The notes under the pieces are model-generated. The model made no database searches, was not told where the DNA came from, and saw only the letters and a list, made by a program, of their open reading frames with translations. Shown one piece after another: positions 1-10,176 of a stretch of 64,000 nt of DNA (within the stretch, counting starts at the first letter, position 1; every line of letters begins with the position of its first letter). The translations under genes were made by a program, and so were the position numbers. Source of the DNA: an uncultured Candidatus Saccharibacteria bacterium (GTDB taxonomy: Bacteria; Patescibacteriota; Minisyncoccia; Phycocordibacterales; CALRHW01); NCBI GenBank assembly GCA_964390845.1, contig CAYMIL010000001.1:102326-166325 (forward strand), given 5' to 3'.

Positions 1-76
1 TTCCAACCTTCGGTACGTTTTTGAGTAAGATAACTTTCATATTCCTTTCGGGTTAATTAATGACCCTAGAGTTTTA

Positions 77-1309
77 TCATTTTTTGAGCAATAGTTCAAC
101 CGCCTTTGCCATTTGGGGATCACGGCCTTTTGTAACATCATCAAGTGTCCTCTGCACCTCAACGTCTGGCTTCAAACCACCCGCAGAGATAGATTTTCCG
201 TTTGGTGTAAGCCATCGAGCGATTGTTACCTTAAGTGATGTGTCTGGGGTAATCTTTACGAGCTCTTGTACTGAACCTTTTCCATAGGAGTTTGAGCCTA
301 CAAGTGTCGCAACGCCGTGCTCCTGCAGAGCTCCAGCCAGAATCTCAGACGCTGATGCAGAGCCACCGTCAATCAAGACAACCATGTTTAATTTGTCACT
401 GAAAATGTGGTACCCCTTACTTCGATGAACAAGCTCCTCTTTATTTCCACCAAAATCCTCACGCACCACCACCTCACCGGACGGAAGGAACCAGCTCGCC
501 ATATCTATCGCGGCCTCAAGGTATCCGCCCGGGTTTCCTCGGAGGTCGATAACAAGTTTGTTTGAACGGGTTTGCACAAACTCACGCAATGCCGCTCGGA
601 ATAAATCGGCAGACACGGCAGAAAAATTGTAGAGCTCGATTACAAACACACCATCTGCTCGTGTGTATGACTTTATTGTTGGAATATCAATGACACCTCG
701 AACGACAGAAATCTCAAGCGGCTTCTCAGAACCTTCGCGAGCAACGGTAAACAATACTCTTGTCCCTTCTTTGCCTCGAATCAACTTAACAGCTTCGTCG
801 GTGTTGAGATCCGCTGTTGACTGATTGTTAATCTTGAGGATTTTGTCGCCCGCGCGGATGCCGGCTCTATCTGCTGGCGTACCCTTAAGTGGTGCAACAA
901 CGGTAAGTATGCCATCACGAACACCAATCTCCATGCCAACACCTTCAAAATTTCCACTAATATCACTCTCAAAGACCTCAGCATCTGCTGGAGGTAAAAA
1001 TACTGTGTACGGATCGCCCAGTGAGCTTGCGAGGCCTTCGATAGCACCCCACACTTTGTCTTGTGCAGACACAGAATTACTCGTTGTCGCGGATGCTACA
1101 TAGCGCTCATTGAGAACATTCCACGCCTTCCAAAATGGTGAGAAATCTGCCTGAATAAAAGATGTTGGAGTTTTGTTGATAACATTTGCGGCACTACCAG
1201 TGTCTATTGCTTGCTGTCGGCCGATATACACACCCCCAAAAAAAGAAACTCCTATTATGAGGAGTGACGTTGCGAGTGTCGCACGATACTTAGACATCCA
1301 TGGATTCAT
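77..1309 (-). CDS. ctpA: Carboxyl-terminal processing (tail-specific) protease, S41 family with PDZ domain; N-terminal membrane anchor
   Basis: 410-aa ORF. N-terminal hydrophobic segment, PDZ-like region (GVGMEIG...GTPADRAGIRAGDKIL), S41 catalytic region (VVLIDGGSASASEILAGAL...GKGSVQ). Confidence 0.8.
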   Translation of the reverse strand: MNPWMSKYRATLATSLLIIGVSFFGGVYIGRQQAIDTGSAANVINKTPTSFIQADFSPFWKAWNVLNERYVASATTSNSVSAQDKVWGAIEGLASSLGDPYTVFLPPADAEVFESDISGNFEGVGMEIGVRDGILTVVAPLKGTPADRAGIRAGDKILKINNQSTADLNTDEAVKLIRGKEGTRVLFTVAREGSEKPLEISVVRGVIDIPTIKSYTRADGVFVIELYNFSAVSADLFRAALREFVQTRSNKLVIDLRGNPGGYLEAAIDMASWFLPSGEVVVREDFGGNKEELVHRSKGYHIFSDKLNMVVLIDGGSASASEILAGALQEHGVATLVGSNSYGKGSVQELVKITPDTSLKVTIARWLTPNGKSISAGGLKPDVEVQRTLDDVTKGRDPQMAKAVELLLKK

Positions 1310-1369
1310 TCACTGTATTATCTCAAAACCACTTCTTGTGGTCAAACGTGTCGTAGATTATAATTGTGA

Positions 1370-2299
1370 ATGAACTTTTCACATATGATCCAACGATATA
1401 CACACAAAGATATTACGTGGCTTGATATCGATCATCCCACCGAAGCGGATGTCGACAAGGTCATCCAAGAATTCCACATCGACCCGATTGTCGCCAACGA
1501 ACTCACCACCCCGACACCAAAGCCACGCGTTGAACTTCACGGCAATTACATTTACTGCGTACTTCACTTCCCCGCTTTCAAACACAGCCACACAGACCGC
1601 ACCGACCAAGAAGTGGATTTTTATATTGGAAAAGATTTCCTTATCACAGCGCGATACGATACCGTCGACGCACTTCATAAATTTGCTAAAAAACTTGAGG
1701 TCAATGCGATTCTTGATAAAAAAAACATTGAGTATCCGGCCGGATATATCTTCTACCTCATCCTTCGAGAAATCTACCACTCAATTTTCGACGAACTTGC
1801 ATACATTGAAGATTGGGTCAAAGAAATAGAAACTCGTATCTTTACTGGCAATGAACGCGACATGGTTTTTGCGCTGTCCCAGGTCAGCAGAACACTTCTT
1901 GATTTCAAAAAAACAACCGATATGCATGAAGACATTCTCGAATCGCTTGAGATTGCTGGCAAGAAGCTTATCGGCGACCATTTCACCTACTACACACGCA
2001 CTGCTCTTGAGGAGTATCACAAAATAAAAAACCTCATACGAAGCAATATGGAAGCAGTTGTTGAACTCCGCGAAACAAATAACGCCCTCCTCACCACAAA
2101 GCAAAATGAGATCACAAAGGTATTGACCATACTCGCATTTATCGCCGTCCCCCTTTCCCTTATTGCATCAATCTTTCAAATTGATACTGTATCAAGACCG
2201 ATTGTTGGTGGTCCGCACGATTTCTGGATATTGATTGGCGTCATCCTTCTCATTGGCGCAAGCATGTTTTCGTTTTTCAAATTTAAAGGCTGGCTGTAA
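1370..2299 (+). CDS. CorA-family divalent cation transporter-like protein (atypical: canonical GMN motif replaced)
   Basis: 309 aa. Soluble N-domain plus two C-terminal TM helices in CorA arrangement. Loop reads IFQIDT where CorA has YGMNF. Confidence 0.55.
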   Translation: MNFSHMIQRYTHKDITWLDIDHPTEADVDKVIQEFHIDPIVANELTTPTPKPRVELHGNYIYCVLHFPAFKHSHTDRTDQEVDFYIGKDFLITARYDTVDALHKFAKKLEVNAILDKKNIEYPAGYIFYLILREIYHSIFDELAYIEDWVKEIETRIFTGNERDMVFALSQVSRTLLDFKKTTDMHEDILESLEIAGKKLIGDHFTYYTRTALEEYHKIKNLIRSNMEAVVELRETNNALLTTKQNEITKVLTILAFIAVPLSLIASIFQIDTVSRPIVGGPHDFWILIGVILLIGASMFSFFKFKGWL

Positions 2300-2304
2300 A
2301 GCGT

Positions 2305-3702
2305 ATGCTTACACTCTGGAACACACTGACTCGTCAGAAAGAAGAATTTACCCCTCTACACAACCGATTCGTCGGGATGTACAACTGCGGCCCAACGGTC
2401 TACCACTACGCGCACATTGGCAATCTTCGCTCGTATGTTTTTGCGGATACTCTGAAGCGCGCGCTCCTTCTTAATAGATACAAGGTCGGCCAAGTCATCA
2501 ATATCACGGATGTCGGCCACCTCACCGGAGACAGCGATGTTGGACTCGACAAAATAGAAGAAGGAGCGCGCGCCGAAAAAAAGACCGCGACCGAAATCGC
2601 GAGTTTCTATACACACGCATTCCTCGAAGATCTCAAACAACTTAACATCGATACTCGTGGTACTCGTTTTCCACGGGCGACAGCACACATCAAAGAACAG
2701 ATCGAGTTGATTGAGCGTCTGGAAAAGCGTGGGTACACGTACAGAACATCCGACGGCATTTACTTTGACACACAGCGTTTCCCGCACTACGGCAAACTCG
2801 GCAATATCAACCTCGCCCATCTCAAGGAAGGGGCGCGCATCACGATAAACTCTGAGAAAAAACACATGACAGATTTTGCCCTGTGGAAGTTTTCTCAACC
2901 CCACGAAAAACGTCAACAGGAATGGGAGTCACCGTGGGGTGTCGGTTTCCCAGGCTGGCACATCGAGTGTTCTGCTATGGCGATGAAATATCTCGGAGAA
3001 ACCTTTGATATTCACACTGGCGGCATCGACCACATCCCCGTTCATCACAACAACGAAATCGCGCAATCAGAAAGCGCGACAGGTACACAGTATGCACGCT
3101 TTTGGCTTCACAACGCATTTGTACAAATAGATGGGCAGAAAATGGCGAAGTCCGAAGGAAACTTTTTGAGACTCGACGATCTGCGTGAACACGCTATCAA
3201 CCCGCTGAGTTATCGATACTGGCTACTTACAGCTCACTACCGCCAGCCTGTACTTTTTTCATGGGAAGCACTTGGCGCGGCAGACACCGCGCTCCGCAAA
3301 CTTGCGGAAACCTTTAGTACCCTTCCGCGACTCGGATCAGTACACAGTGAGTACATGTCGCGCTTCACAGCGCTCATCAACGACGACCTCAATACCCCAG
3401 GTGCTATCGCACTCATGTGGGAGATGCTCAAAGATAAAACACTTACGCAACGAGCAAAACGTGCAACCCTTGCAGAGTTCGACAAAACACTGGGCCTCAA
3501 CCTCGCTTCTCTTGCAAAAGAAATGAAGAAGGCTCAGTCATCTATCCCCGCCCATATCAAAAAACTCGTACAAGAACGACAAGAAGCACGAGAAGCAAAA
3601 GACTGGGAAAAGGCTGATACATTGCGAACTACTATAGAAAAGATGGGCTTTGAGGTCAAAGATACGGAAAAAGGCCAAGAAATTAGGCGTATATCCCTAT
3701 AA
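2305..3702 (+). CDS. cysS: Cysteinyl-tRNA synthetase
   Basis: 465 aa. HIGH motif ([13 protein letters not shown]), KMSKS (KMAKSEGN), and N-terminus [15 protein letters not shown] typical of CysRS. Confidence 0.9.
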   Translation: MLTLWNTLTRQKEEFTPLHNRFVGMYNCGPTVYHYAHIGNLRSYVFADTLKRALLLNRYKVGQVINITDVGHLTGDSDVGLDKIEEGARAEKKTATEIASFYTHAFLEDLKQLNIDTRGTRFPRATAHIKEQIELIERLEKRGYTYRTSDGIYFDTQRFPHYGKLGNINLAHLKEGARITINSEKKHMTDFALWKFSQPHEKRQQEWESPWGVGFPGWHIECSAMAMKYLGETFDIHTGGIDHIPVHHNNEIAQSESATGTQYARFWLHNAFVQIDGQKMAKSEGNFLRLDDLREHAINPLSYRYWLLTAHYRQPVLFSWEALGAADTALRKLAETFSTLPRLGSVHSEYMSRFTALINDDLNTPGAIALMWEMLKDKTLTQRAKRATLAEFDKTLGLNLASLAKEMKKAQSSIPAHIKKLVQERQEAREAKDWEKADTLRTTIEKMGFEVKDTEKGQEIRRISL

Positions 3703-3763
3703 ACACCTTACACACATCTTATAAAGACTTTAGAGTTTCTTTAGCTTTTGGCTACGTGATACT

Positions 3764-5158
3764 ATGGTAGCAATGACAAACGGACAAAAACCATCACGAC
3801 CAATACGTATTCCTCCACAAAACACCGAGGCCGAAATGGCGCTCTTGGGTTCGATTATGCTCCGACCAGATTCGGCACACGAAATTGTCGACCTCATTTC
3901 CGCACAGTCATTTTACTCCGAGCGACACCGAATCATTTTTGAAACGATGATTGAGTTGTTTAGAAAAGGAACACCAATCGATCTTCTTTCTCTTTCATCA
4001 CGTCTCAAAGAAAAAAATATGCTTGAGCAGGCTGGTGGCAATGCATACCTCACTGAGCTTGTGCATGTTGTGCCTTCAGCGGCAAATATCAAACACTACG
4101 CGGAAATCGTGCACAAAAAACGCATGATGCGCAATCTCATCGAGGCATCCGAATTTATCTCTCAGCTTGGCTTTGAAGAAGCCGAGGAGCTCGACGAAAT
4201 CCTCGATAAAGCCGAAAAACGTATCTATGACGTTACCAACATTTCTGGTGCGCATAAGTTTATAGAACTCAAAGACACCCTTGGTGAAGCATGGGAACGC
4301 CTCGACAAACTACATAATTCAAAAGAAGGGATGCGTGGAGTCCCAACTGGATTCCCTGAGCTCGACAATATTTTGTCTGGCTTTCAAAAATCCGACCTTA
4401 TCATCTTGGCCGCACGACCATCTGTTGGAAAAACATCCCTCGCCCTTGATATCGCTCGCCAAAGCGCTATCCACCACAACACGCCAGTCGGTATTTTCTC
4501 TTTGGAAATGAGCTCCCAGCAACTTGTCGACCGTATGCTCTCTGCCCAGGCAAGCGTGGACGCATGGAAACTCCGTACCGGACGACTTTCAAGTGAAGAA
4601 GATTTTGCTTCAATCCGGCAATCTCTCGACAAACTCGCAACTGCACCAATCTTTATCGACGACCAACCCGGAAACAATATTCTCAAGATGCGCTCTGTTG
4701 CGCGTCGCCTCAAACGCGAAAAGGGTCTCGGTATGATTGTTGTAGACTACCTCCAGCTTATGGTGCCAACCTCAACACGTGCATCAGACTCTGTCGTACA
4801 GCAGGTTACAGAAATCTCACGGTCGCTTAAAAATCTTGCCCGCGAGCTTGACGTACCCGTCCTTGCTCTCTCTCAGCTTTCTCGAGCCGTCGAACAACGT
4901 GGCGGAAAGCCTCGCCTCTCCGACCTTCGAGATTCCGGATCTATCGAGCAGGACGCCGATGTCGTCATGTTTATTCATCGTGAAGACAAATACAAAGAGC
5001 AATCTGACCGCACCAACATTGCCGAGATTCTTATTGAAAAACATCGCAACGGCCCAACTGGAAAAGTGGATCTTTTCTTCAATGACAAGAAATCGACCTT
5101 CCAAAGTTTGGCAAAAGGAGAGTTTGGTGGCGCAGAAAAAGAATTTGCAGATTTCTAA
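3764..5158 (+). CDS. dnaB: Replicative DNA helicase DnaB
   Basis: 464 aa. DnaB N-domain (NTEAEMALLGSIM), Walker A (ARPSVGKTSLALD), RecA-like C-domain. Confidence 0.9.
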   Translation: MVAMTNGQKPSRPIRIPPQNTEAEMALLGSIMLRPDSAHEIVDLISAQSFYSERHRIIFETMIELFRKGTPIDLLSLSSRLKEKNMLEQAGGNAYLTELVHVVPSAANIKHYAEIVHKKRMMRNLIEASEFISQLGFEEAEELDEILDKAEKRIYDVTNISGAHKFIELKDTLGEAWERLDKLHNSKEGMRGVPTGFPELDNILSGFQKSDLIILAARPSVGKTSLALDIARQSAIHHNTPVGIFSLEMSSQQLVDRMLSAQASVDAWKLRTGRLSSEEDFASIRQSLDKLATAPIFIDDQPGNNILKMRSVARRLKREKGLGMIVVDYLQLMVPTSTRASDSVVQQVTEISRSLKNLARELDVPVLALSQLSRAVEQRGGKPRLSDLRDSGSIEQDADVVMFIHREDKYKEQSDRTNIAEILIEKHRNGPTGKVDLFFNDKKSTFQSLAKGEFGGAEKEFADF

Positions 5159-5164
5159 GACGCC

Positions 5165-5782
5165 ATGAACAGCTTGCACAAACTCGCATCCTTTTTTGCC
5201 GAATTCCCCGGCATCGGCCCACGTCAGGCAAAACGCTTCGTGTATTTTCTTCTCACTCGTCATCAAGGATACCTCGACGAGCTCGCCTCACTCATCACAT
5301 CAATAAAAAAAGATATGCGCACCTGTATATCGTGTCAGCGTTTTTTCATCTCAAAAGCACCCGATGTGCAGACATGCGACATCTGCTCATCAGTCAACCG
5401 CGACACATCACTCCTTACCGTTGTCGGACGTGATATTGATTTGGAAAATATAGAAAAAACTGGCGCATATAATGGCCTATACTTTGTGCTTGGGGGCTCT
5501 GTACCAGTCCTCGAGCCCACACCGGAAAAGCGCATTCGCTCTGCGGAGCTCATAAAAACGATAGAGCACCGCGCCTCAAAAGGACTTAAAGAAATCATCC
5601 TCGCCATGAACGCAAACGCCGAAGGTGAACATACTGCGGATGTTGTTCATGGTCTCCTTACCCCACTCACATCCACGCACGGCATAAAAGTATCTACTCT
5701 GGGCCGAGGCCTTTCTACAGGGACAGAGCTTGAGTACTCAGACACCGACACGCTCAAAAACGCGTTTAAAAATCGGGCGTGA
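5165..5782 (+). CDS. recR: Recombination protein RecR
   Basis: 205 aa. C4 zinc finger (CISCQRF...CDICS), Toprim region, and LASFFAEFPGIGPRQAKR HhH motif. Confidence 0.9.
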   Translation: MNSLHKLASFFAEFPGIGPRQAKRFVYFLLTRHQGYLDELASLITSIKKDMRTCISCQRFFISKAPDVQTCDICSSVNRDTSLLTVVGRDIDLENIEKTGAYNGLYFVLGGSVPVLEPTPEKRIRSAELIKTIEHRASKGLKEIILAMNANAEGEHTADVVHGLLTPLTSTHGIKVSTLGRGLSTGTELEYSDTDTLKNAFKNRA

Positions 5783-5838
5783 AAAAGGAGGGCTACCTTT
5801 CGGCGCCCCCCTCACTTCATCCCACTGCCATCATGAGC

Positions 5839-6099
5839 TCACTGCGTCGCCTGCTTCAGGCGCTCCTCCGTGATGAACTTCACGATGTCACGGATGGTGC
5901 CCTTGCCAATCTCGTTCGACTTCTCGTCGGGCACCTTGATGTTGAACTTCTCTTCGATCTCCATCACGATCTCGACGAGGTCGAGGGAGTCGGCATTGAG
6001 GCTCTCGATCGTCGCGTCGGCTCCGATGGTCGACTTCTCGCGACAGAGCTTCTCCGCAAAGATGTTGATCAGGTCAGCCTCAATCTGCTCAGTGTTCAT
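5839..6099 (-). CDS. acpP: Acyl carrier protein
   Basis: 86-aa product from the internal Met (MNTEQIEADL...), with a GGAG-like RBS upstream. DSLDLVE phosphopantetheine-attachment motif. The longer 120-aa ORF has an implausible N-terminal extension. Confidence 0.8.
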   Translation of the reverse strand: MNTEQIEADLINIFAEKLCREKSTIGADATIESLNADSLDLVEIVMEIEEKFNIKVPDEKSNEIGKGTIRDIVKFITEERLKQATQ

Positions 6100-6198
6100 A
6101 CAGGTCTCCTTCTGCTGGCATAGCCAGCTTGTGGTAAACAAAGCGTGTTCTGTCCCGTACGAGAATATACAATAAAAGTGTCTAAATGTACAGAAACA

Positions 6199-6223
6199 CA
6201 AAACCCCCTTTCGGGGGTTTTGA
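6199..6223. terminator. Rho-independent terminator hairpin downstream of rplU
   Basis: AAAACCCCCTTTCGGGGGTTTT perfect hairpin with flanking A and T runs. Confidence 0.6.
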
Positions 6224-6541
6224 TTATTTTATCGCGTCGATTGTTACTTTAAAGAATGGCTGTCGGTGTCCGTTTTTCTTGAAGTATCGGCTCTTCTGCT
6301 TGTACTTAATGACCGTTACCTTTCGCGCTCGGCCAATTTCCTTGAGAGTACCCACTACCTTAGCGCCTGAGATGTAGGGTGTGCCGATAGTCGTGTCAGA
6401 ACCATTATCAACAAGGAGTACCTTGTCGAAGGTTACAACATCGCCGACCTTAAAATCGCCTCGGATCTTTTCGACCTTCAAGGTATCGCCGGCTTTGACC
6501 TGATATTGCTTTCCGCCTGTTTGGATAACTGCAAATTCCAT
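6224..6541 (-). CDS. rplU: 50S ribosomal protein L21
   Basis: MEFAVIQTGGKQYQVKAGDTLKVEKI matches the L21 N-terminus. Start chosen at the second ATG, preceded by GGGGA. Confidence 0.85.
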   Translation of the reverse strand: MEFAVIQTGGKQYQVKAGDTLKVEKIRGDFKVGDVVTFDKVLLVDNGSDTTIGTPYISGAKVVGTLKEIGRARKVTVIKYKQKSRYFKKNGHRQPFFKVTIDAIK

Positions 6542-6596
6542 AGTCCCCATATTCTACATAAACGCCATAAAAAAGCAATATACAGGCTACACAGGG

Positions 6597-7661
6597 CTAT
6601 TCCTCCTGCTCAGGCTTCTCAAGGAGGGTCGCCTCAACCCCTATAGCCTGGCCTGCAATACGCATAACATCCTTGTCTATCTTCTTAAACTCCTTTGAGC
6701 CCGCATTAAAGTGGTTTACCGTCGTAGAGAGGGCATTTCCGAGCTTTTGGTGGTATTCCTCATAGGTTTTAAGGTGCCTGCCAAGCTCCTCCACACGCTT
6801 CACAATATCCTTCGCCTTCTCCTCAATCTGAAGAGCTTTAAGACCCTGCATCACTGTCTGTAGATATGCCAAAAACGATGTTGGGGAAACAATTATCACC
6901 TTATACTTCCCTGCCGCCCGCTGAATGAGATTTTCAGTCTCATCTTTAAGCGCGCCAATTTTATTGACCAATAAATCATAATAAATAGCCTCGTGCGGGA
7001 TAAACATAAAGGCAAAATCCATAGTGTTTTCTGACGGTCGGATGTATTTTGCTGTCTCCTGAATGCGCAGTTTCAAATCATTTACAAAGAGCTTCTCGAT
7101 ACGCTCTCGCTCTGCCTCATTTTTTTCCTCAACAATGCGGTTGTAGTTTTCTAGAGAAAACTTTGAATCAACAGGAATGATTTTATCCTTTACGAAAACA
7201 ACCGCGTCGACAATCTCACCGTCGGCAAAGGCATACTGCATCTGATACGATCCCGGCCCAAGCACATTTTTTAGCAACGTTTCAAGATAGTACTCGCCGA
7301 CAATGCCACGTTGTTTTGGGTTTTTCAAAATATCTTGGAGCGACTGCAACTGATCAGCAAACGACACCACCTGCTTGTTGGTCTCGTCGAGCTTTGTGAG
7401 CCCCTGAGTAACCTCTTTAATGAGCCGAGAAGACTCACTAAACTGTGTGCGCATAGACTCATTGACCTGTCGCGTCGTTTCCCCTATTTTTGCATCAACA
7501 GTGCGCGTGAGTTCATTCATCTGCTGAAGGAGCAAATTGAGCCCTGTTTCTGCGCCACGAGTGTCTGCGGGTGTCTGTGCACGACGCATAACAAACCACG
7601 CCACAAAAGCTTGGACAATTACCGCAACGACGACGATTCCAATAATGATACCGGCGGACAT
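6597..7661 (-). CDS. rmuC: DNA recombination protein RmuC
   Basis: 354 aa. N-terminal TM, long coiled-coil, and C-terminal RmuC nuclease-like region (DFAFMFIPHEAIYYDL). Confidence 0.75.
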   Translation of the reverse strand: MSAGIIIGIVVVAVIVQAFVAWFVMRRAQTPADTRGAETGLNLLLQQMNELTRTVDAKIGETTRQVNESMRTQFSESSRLIKEVTQGLTKLDETNKQVVSFADQLQSLQDILKNPKQRGIVGEYYLETLLKNVLGPGSYQMQYAFADGEIVDAVVFVKDKIIPVDSKFSLENYNRIVEEKNEAERERIEKLFVNDLKLRIQETAKYIRPSENTMDFAFMFIPHEAIYYDLLVNKIGALKDETENLIQRAAGKYKVIIVSPTSFLAYLQTVMQGLKALQIEEKAKDIVKRVEELGRHLKTYEEYHQKLGNALSTTVNHFNAGSKEFKKIDKDVMRIAGQAIGVEATLLEKPEQEE

Positions 7662-7720
7662 ATGAAAAAGTATATCAAATTGCTATACTGTTCGCATACC
7701 TATAACAACACAACACGAAC

Positions 7721-8176
7721 ATGGCACTTGTACAACGCATTAAAGATGAAATGAAGGACGCGATGAAATCAAAAGACGCTGTTCGCCTAACAGTTCTTCG
7801 TGGTCTCATTGCCGGCTTTACCAACGAGCTTGTTGCTCAAGGACGAAAACCACAAGAAGACATCGACGATGATAGCGCACTTGCTGTTATCAAACGAAGT
7901 GTCAAACAGCGCAAAGATTCTATCGAACAATTTGCACAAGGAGGACGCAGTGACCTCGTCGCATCAGAAGAAGCCGAGCTTGCGGTGCTTCAAGCATACC
8001 TTCCTGCAACAATGAGCAAGGAGGATATTCGAGTCGTTGCAGAACAGAAAAAAGCAGAGCTTGCTGTTACAGACAAATCAAAACTCGGCATTCTCGTCGG
8101 AGCGGTTATGAAAGAACTCAAAGGAAAAGCCGACGGCGCAGATGTAAAAGAAGTAGTCGAAGGATTGTTTGAATAA
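7721..8176 (+). CDS. yqeY: GatB/YqeY domain protein
   Basis: 151 aa. MALVQRIKDEMKDAMKSKD...LTVLRGL matches the YqeY family. Confidence 0.75.
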   Translation: MALVQRIKDEMKDAMKSKDAVRLTVLRGLIAGFTNELVAQGRKPQEDIDDDSALAVIKRSVKQRKDSIEQFAQGGRSDLVASEEAELAVLQAYLPATMSKEDIRVVAEQKKAELAVTDKSKLGILVGAVMKELKGKADGADVKEVVEGLFE

Positions 8177-8229
8177 AAAAATCCCCACCAAGAACTCGTA
8201 GCATCTTTGCAGAAAAGATGTTTTCGTAT

Positions 8230-8255
8230 CCCCCAACCCAGGCCTGGGTTGGGGG
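8230..8255. other. Perfect 26-nt GC-rich palindromic hairpin (CCCCCAACCCAGG/CCTGGGTTGGGGG) without a U-tract
   Basis: Seen directly. It could be a terminator for yqeY or the 5' element of the adjacent unassigned RNA-like region. Confidence 0.4.
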
Positions 8256-8790
8256 GTCGATTCTACGCGCTCTTATAGCGGGGGGAGTTGCGTGTACACG
8301 TTCTTATTGCTCATCCTCGGTTCCACACCAATGCGGGTTCGAGTGAGAAACCCGCGACGTCAACGTCTGAGGCTTACCTATGGGTCGTGTACACCAACAA
8401 ACTTTGGAAGCGTTGTAGCCTGCGCAATCAACCAGAATCTTACTCGAAGTCCGGCGTTCATCCCCAGCGGGGACTTTGTCGAACTTTCTGGCCCACAGCA
8501 CCTGCTACCCGAATATTGGTCATAGAACACTGCTCATGAACACAGGATCCAGACGATATCCACAGCTGTACCCACTAGCCGTCGCTTCCTTTCTGCAAGG
8601 TGCGTCTAGCATGGGATACTACAGGACACGCTTACCTTTGTCCAATTTGACATTTTGTTAAAATAGGAGTACAATACTTTCAGTAGTACATTGAGTTGTG
8701 TTGAAAGCTGGCCGTGATTTTCAGGGCGATATTCTATAGCGCTTTGAGAATCATGGCTAGCACTGTGCTGACCATGTCTCTCAAGCACCT
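8256..8790. ncRNA. Unassigned non-coding region, candidate structured RNA (type not resolved)
   Basis: About 500 nt with only short overlapping RBS-less ORFs in all frames. Contains short motifs reminiscent of RNase P RNA (GAAGTCCGG, GAGAAACCCGCGACG, TAAGAGCGC on the opposite strand) and of SRP RNA (GAAAGGAAGCGAC), but not in canonical order. Lies between a housekeeping gene and a tRNA. Confidence 0.2.
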
Positions 8791-8799
8791 TTTTTAAGG

Positions 8800-9225
8800 A
8801 TGACCACGATGGATTCCAAGGATGGTGTGCTCTCAGTGAGCATCTCTGTGCTGGTTGCGTTTGTCACGTACAACTCGATGGCGAGCATCGAAGACCAGAA
8901 GGGCGTGCTCGAGGCAGCAAGCTTCGTGCTCGGAAAGAACCCGGAGCACGTTGATACCGAAGAGGCCCTGGCGCGATTCGCCATCCTCTATCAGTACCCA
9001 GAGCTTCACGCCCTGACCCACCCAGAGCTCGACATCGAGATTCGGGACATCGAGCAGATCAGCGATCCTGATGAGCGCGCCAAGGAGTACGGCAAGTTCA
9101 TCGAGAAGTGCACAACGCGCTTTGGGGCAACCTTTACCCTGAAGCCCGTGAGCTCTGATTTCCTGGAGCAGTTCGGATTCCTCAACAAGTCCGAGCATGT
9201 CGACAATCCCGCACCGGTGGCCTAA
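8800..9225 (+). CDS. Hypothetical protein (GC-rich island)
   Basis: 141 aa, clean ORF. The second ATG at 8809 has an AAGGA RBS. Noticeably higher GC than flanking genes. Confidence 0.45.
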   Translation: MTTMDSKDGVLSVSISVLVAFVTYNSMASIEDQKGVLEAASFVLGKNPEHVDTEEALARFAILYQYPELHALTHPELDIEIRDIEQISDPDERAKEYGKFIEKCTTRFGATFTLKPVSSDFLEQFGFLNKSEHVDNPAPVA

Positions 9226-9375
9226 CGGCCCCAACACAACCTCACCCCGGCTGGTCCAAGCGAGAACCCCGCGTTCTCTGCCTTGGGCCAGCCACTTTTT
9301 TATATAAAAATAGGCCACCGCAGTGATGCAGTGGCCCATGGGGGTTGGGGCGGAAAACGCACGCCAGTGCGAGTT

Positions 9376-9627
9376 TTAGACCCGCCGAAGTGAGAGGAGC
9401 TCCTGTGGCCAGAAGCGGAACCTACCGCAGGGACTGCGATAGAGACCGCCAGGGGTCAAGAAGATGTCCACCTCTTCCACCTTCGGGGGCTTACGACGAC
9501 CAGTCTTCTCGATGACCTTGATTCGAAGACCTGCGACGCCGTTCTTTTCCGTCTGAGAGATGACGCTGACCAAGATGCGTACCTTTCCAATCAAAGAGCT
9601 GTTGTGGTGAACGTCCATGATCACCAC
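9376..9627 (-). CDS. Hypothetical small basic protein (GTG or internal ATG start)
   Basis: 83 aa ORF (KVRILVSVISQTEKNGVAGLRIKVIEKTGRRKPPK). Start uncertain. Confidence 0.3.
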   Translation of the reverse strand: MVIMDVHHNSSLIGKVRILVSVISQTEKNGVAGLRIKVIEKTGRRKPPKVEEVDIFLTPGGLYRSPCGRFRFWPQELLSLRRV

Positions 9628-9670
9628 TGCCCCATATGATACCCTATTTTAACGAAATGTCAAACACAAC

Positions 9671-9700
9671 AAAAAACCACCCGCGCGGGTGGTTTTTTGT
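9671..9700. terminator. Bidirectional Rho-independent terminator
   Basis: AAAAAACCACCCGCGCGGGTGGTTTTTT perfect hairpin flanked by A and T runs, immediately 3' of the tRNA. Confidence 0.7.
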
Positions 9701-9702
9701 GA

Positions 9703-9780
9703 TGGTGACCCTACCGGGATTTGAACCCGGGTTTTAAGCTTGAGAAGCTCACGTCCTGGACCAGGCTAGACGATAGGGCC
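9703..9780 (-). tRNA. tRNA-Glu (anticodon CUC), CCA encoded
   Basis: Reverse complement GGCCCTATCGTCTAGCCTGGTCCAGGACGTGAGCTTCTCAAGCTTAAAACCCGGGTTCAAATCCCGGTAGGGTCACCA folds as a cloverleaf. 7-bp acceptor, D-arm like E. coli tRNA-Glu, anticodon loop TTCTCAA, T-loop GTTCAAATC. Confidence 0.85.
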
Positions 9781-9873
9781 GGAAATGCGCCCTACACGGA
9801 CACATGGCACTAGTATACAAATTTTTCTCAAAAAATCCAGAAGAAAGCGCCGCGCCATGGAATGGACGCGGCG

Positions 9874-10176
9874 CTAGCGCGCAGATGTGCCAGCACTCTT
9901 TGTGTTGATCTGAAGCTCATAAGAAGGCTTCCCTTCCGTCTGGCCACACACCAAACACAAACCACTCAGCACGAGCCTCACCCCAACAATCGAGGTATCC
10001 TGCTCGATGCGAGCACTAAGCGCGGAACACTCCGTCTCTGCTTCCTGCTCACCAACGCGGTGAGTAAGCAACGCTCTGTAGAAGCTAAAGAAGGAGTCCT
10101 TGTTCATGTTGGCACGCGCAGGTTCGCCTAAAGCTTTGCAATGGGCAGACTCCACTTCGTATGCAACAATCCGCAT
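9874..10176 (-). CDS. Hypothetical protein (GC-rich)
   Basis: 100 aa ORF. ATG preceded by GGAGGT RBS. No recognisable motifs. Confidence 0.4.
   Translation of the reverse strand: MRIVAYEVESAHCKALGEPARANMNKDSFFSFYRALLTHRVGEQEAETECSALSARIEQDTSIVGVRLVLSGLCLVCGQTEGKPSYELQINTKSAGTSAR

Noticed and set aside
8183-8190. CCCCACCA immediately after the yqeY stop as a possible tmRNA or tRNA 3' end
   Set aside because: No plausible acceptor or T-arm structure precedes it without overlapping the yqeY coding sequence.
8288-8661. Several 60-85-aa ORFs in three frames (e.g. 8288-8539, 8292-8525, 8476-8661)
   Set aside because: They overlap each other, lack RBSs, and lie in a region that looks like structured RNA or non-coding DNA.
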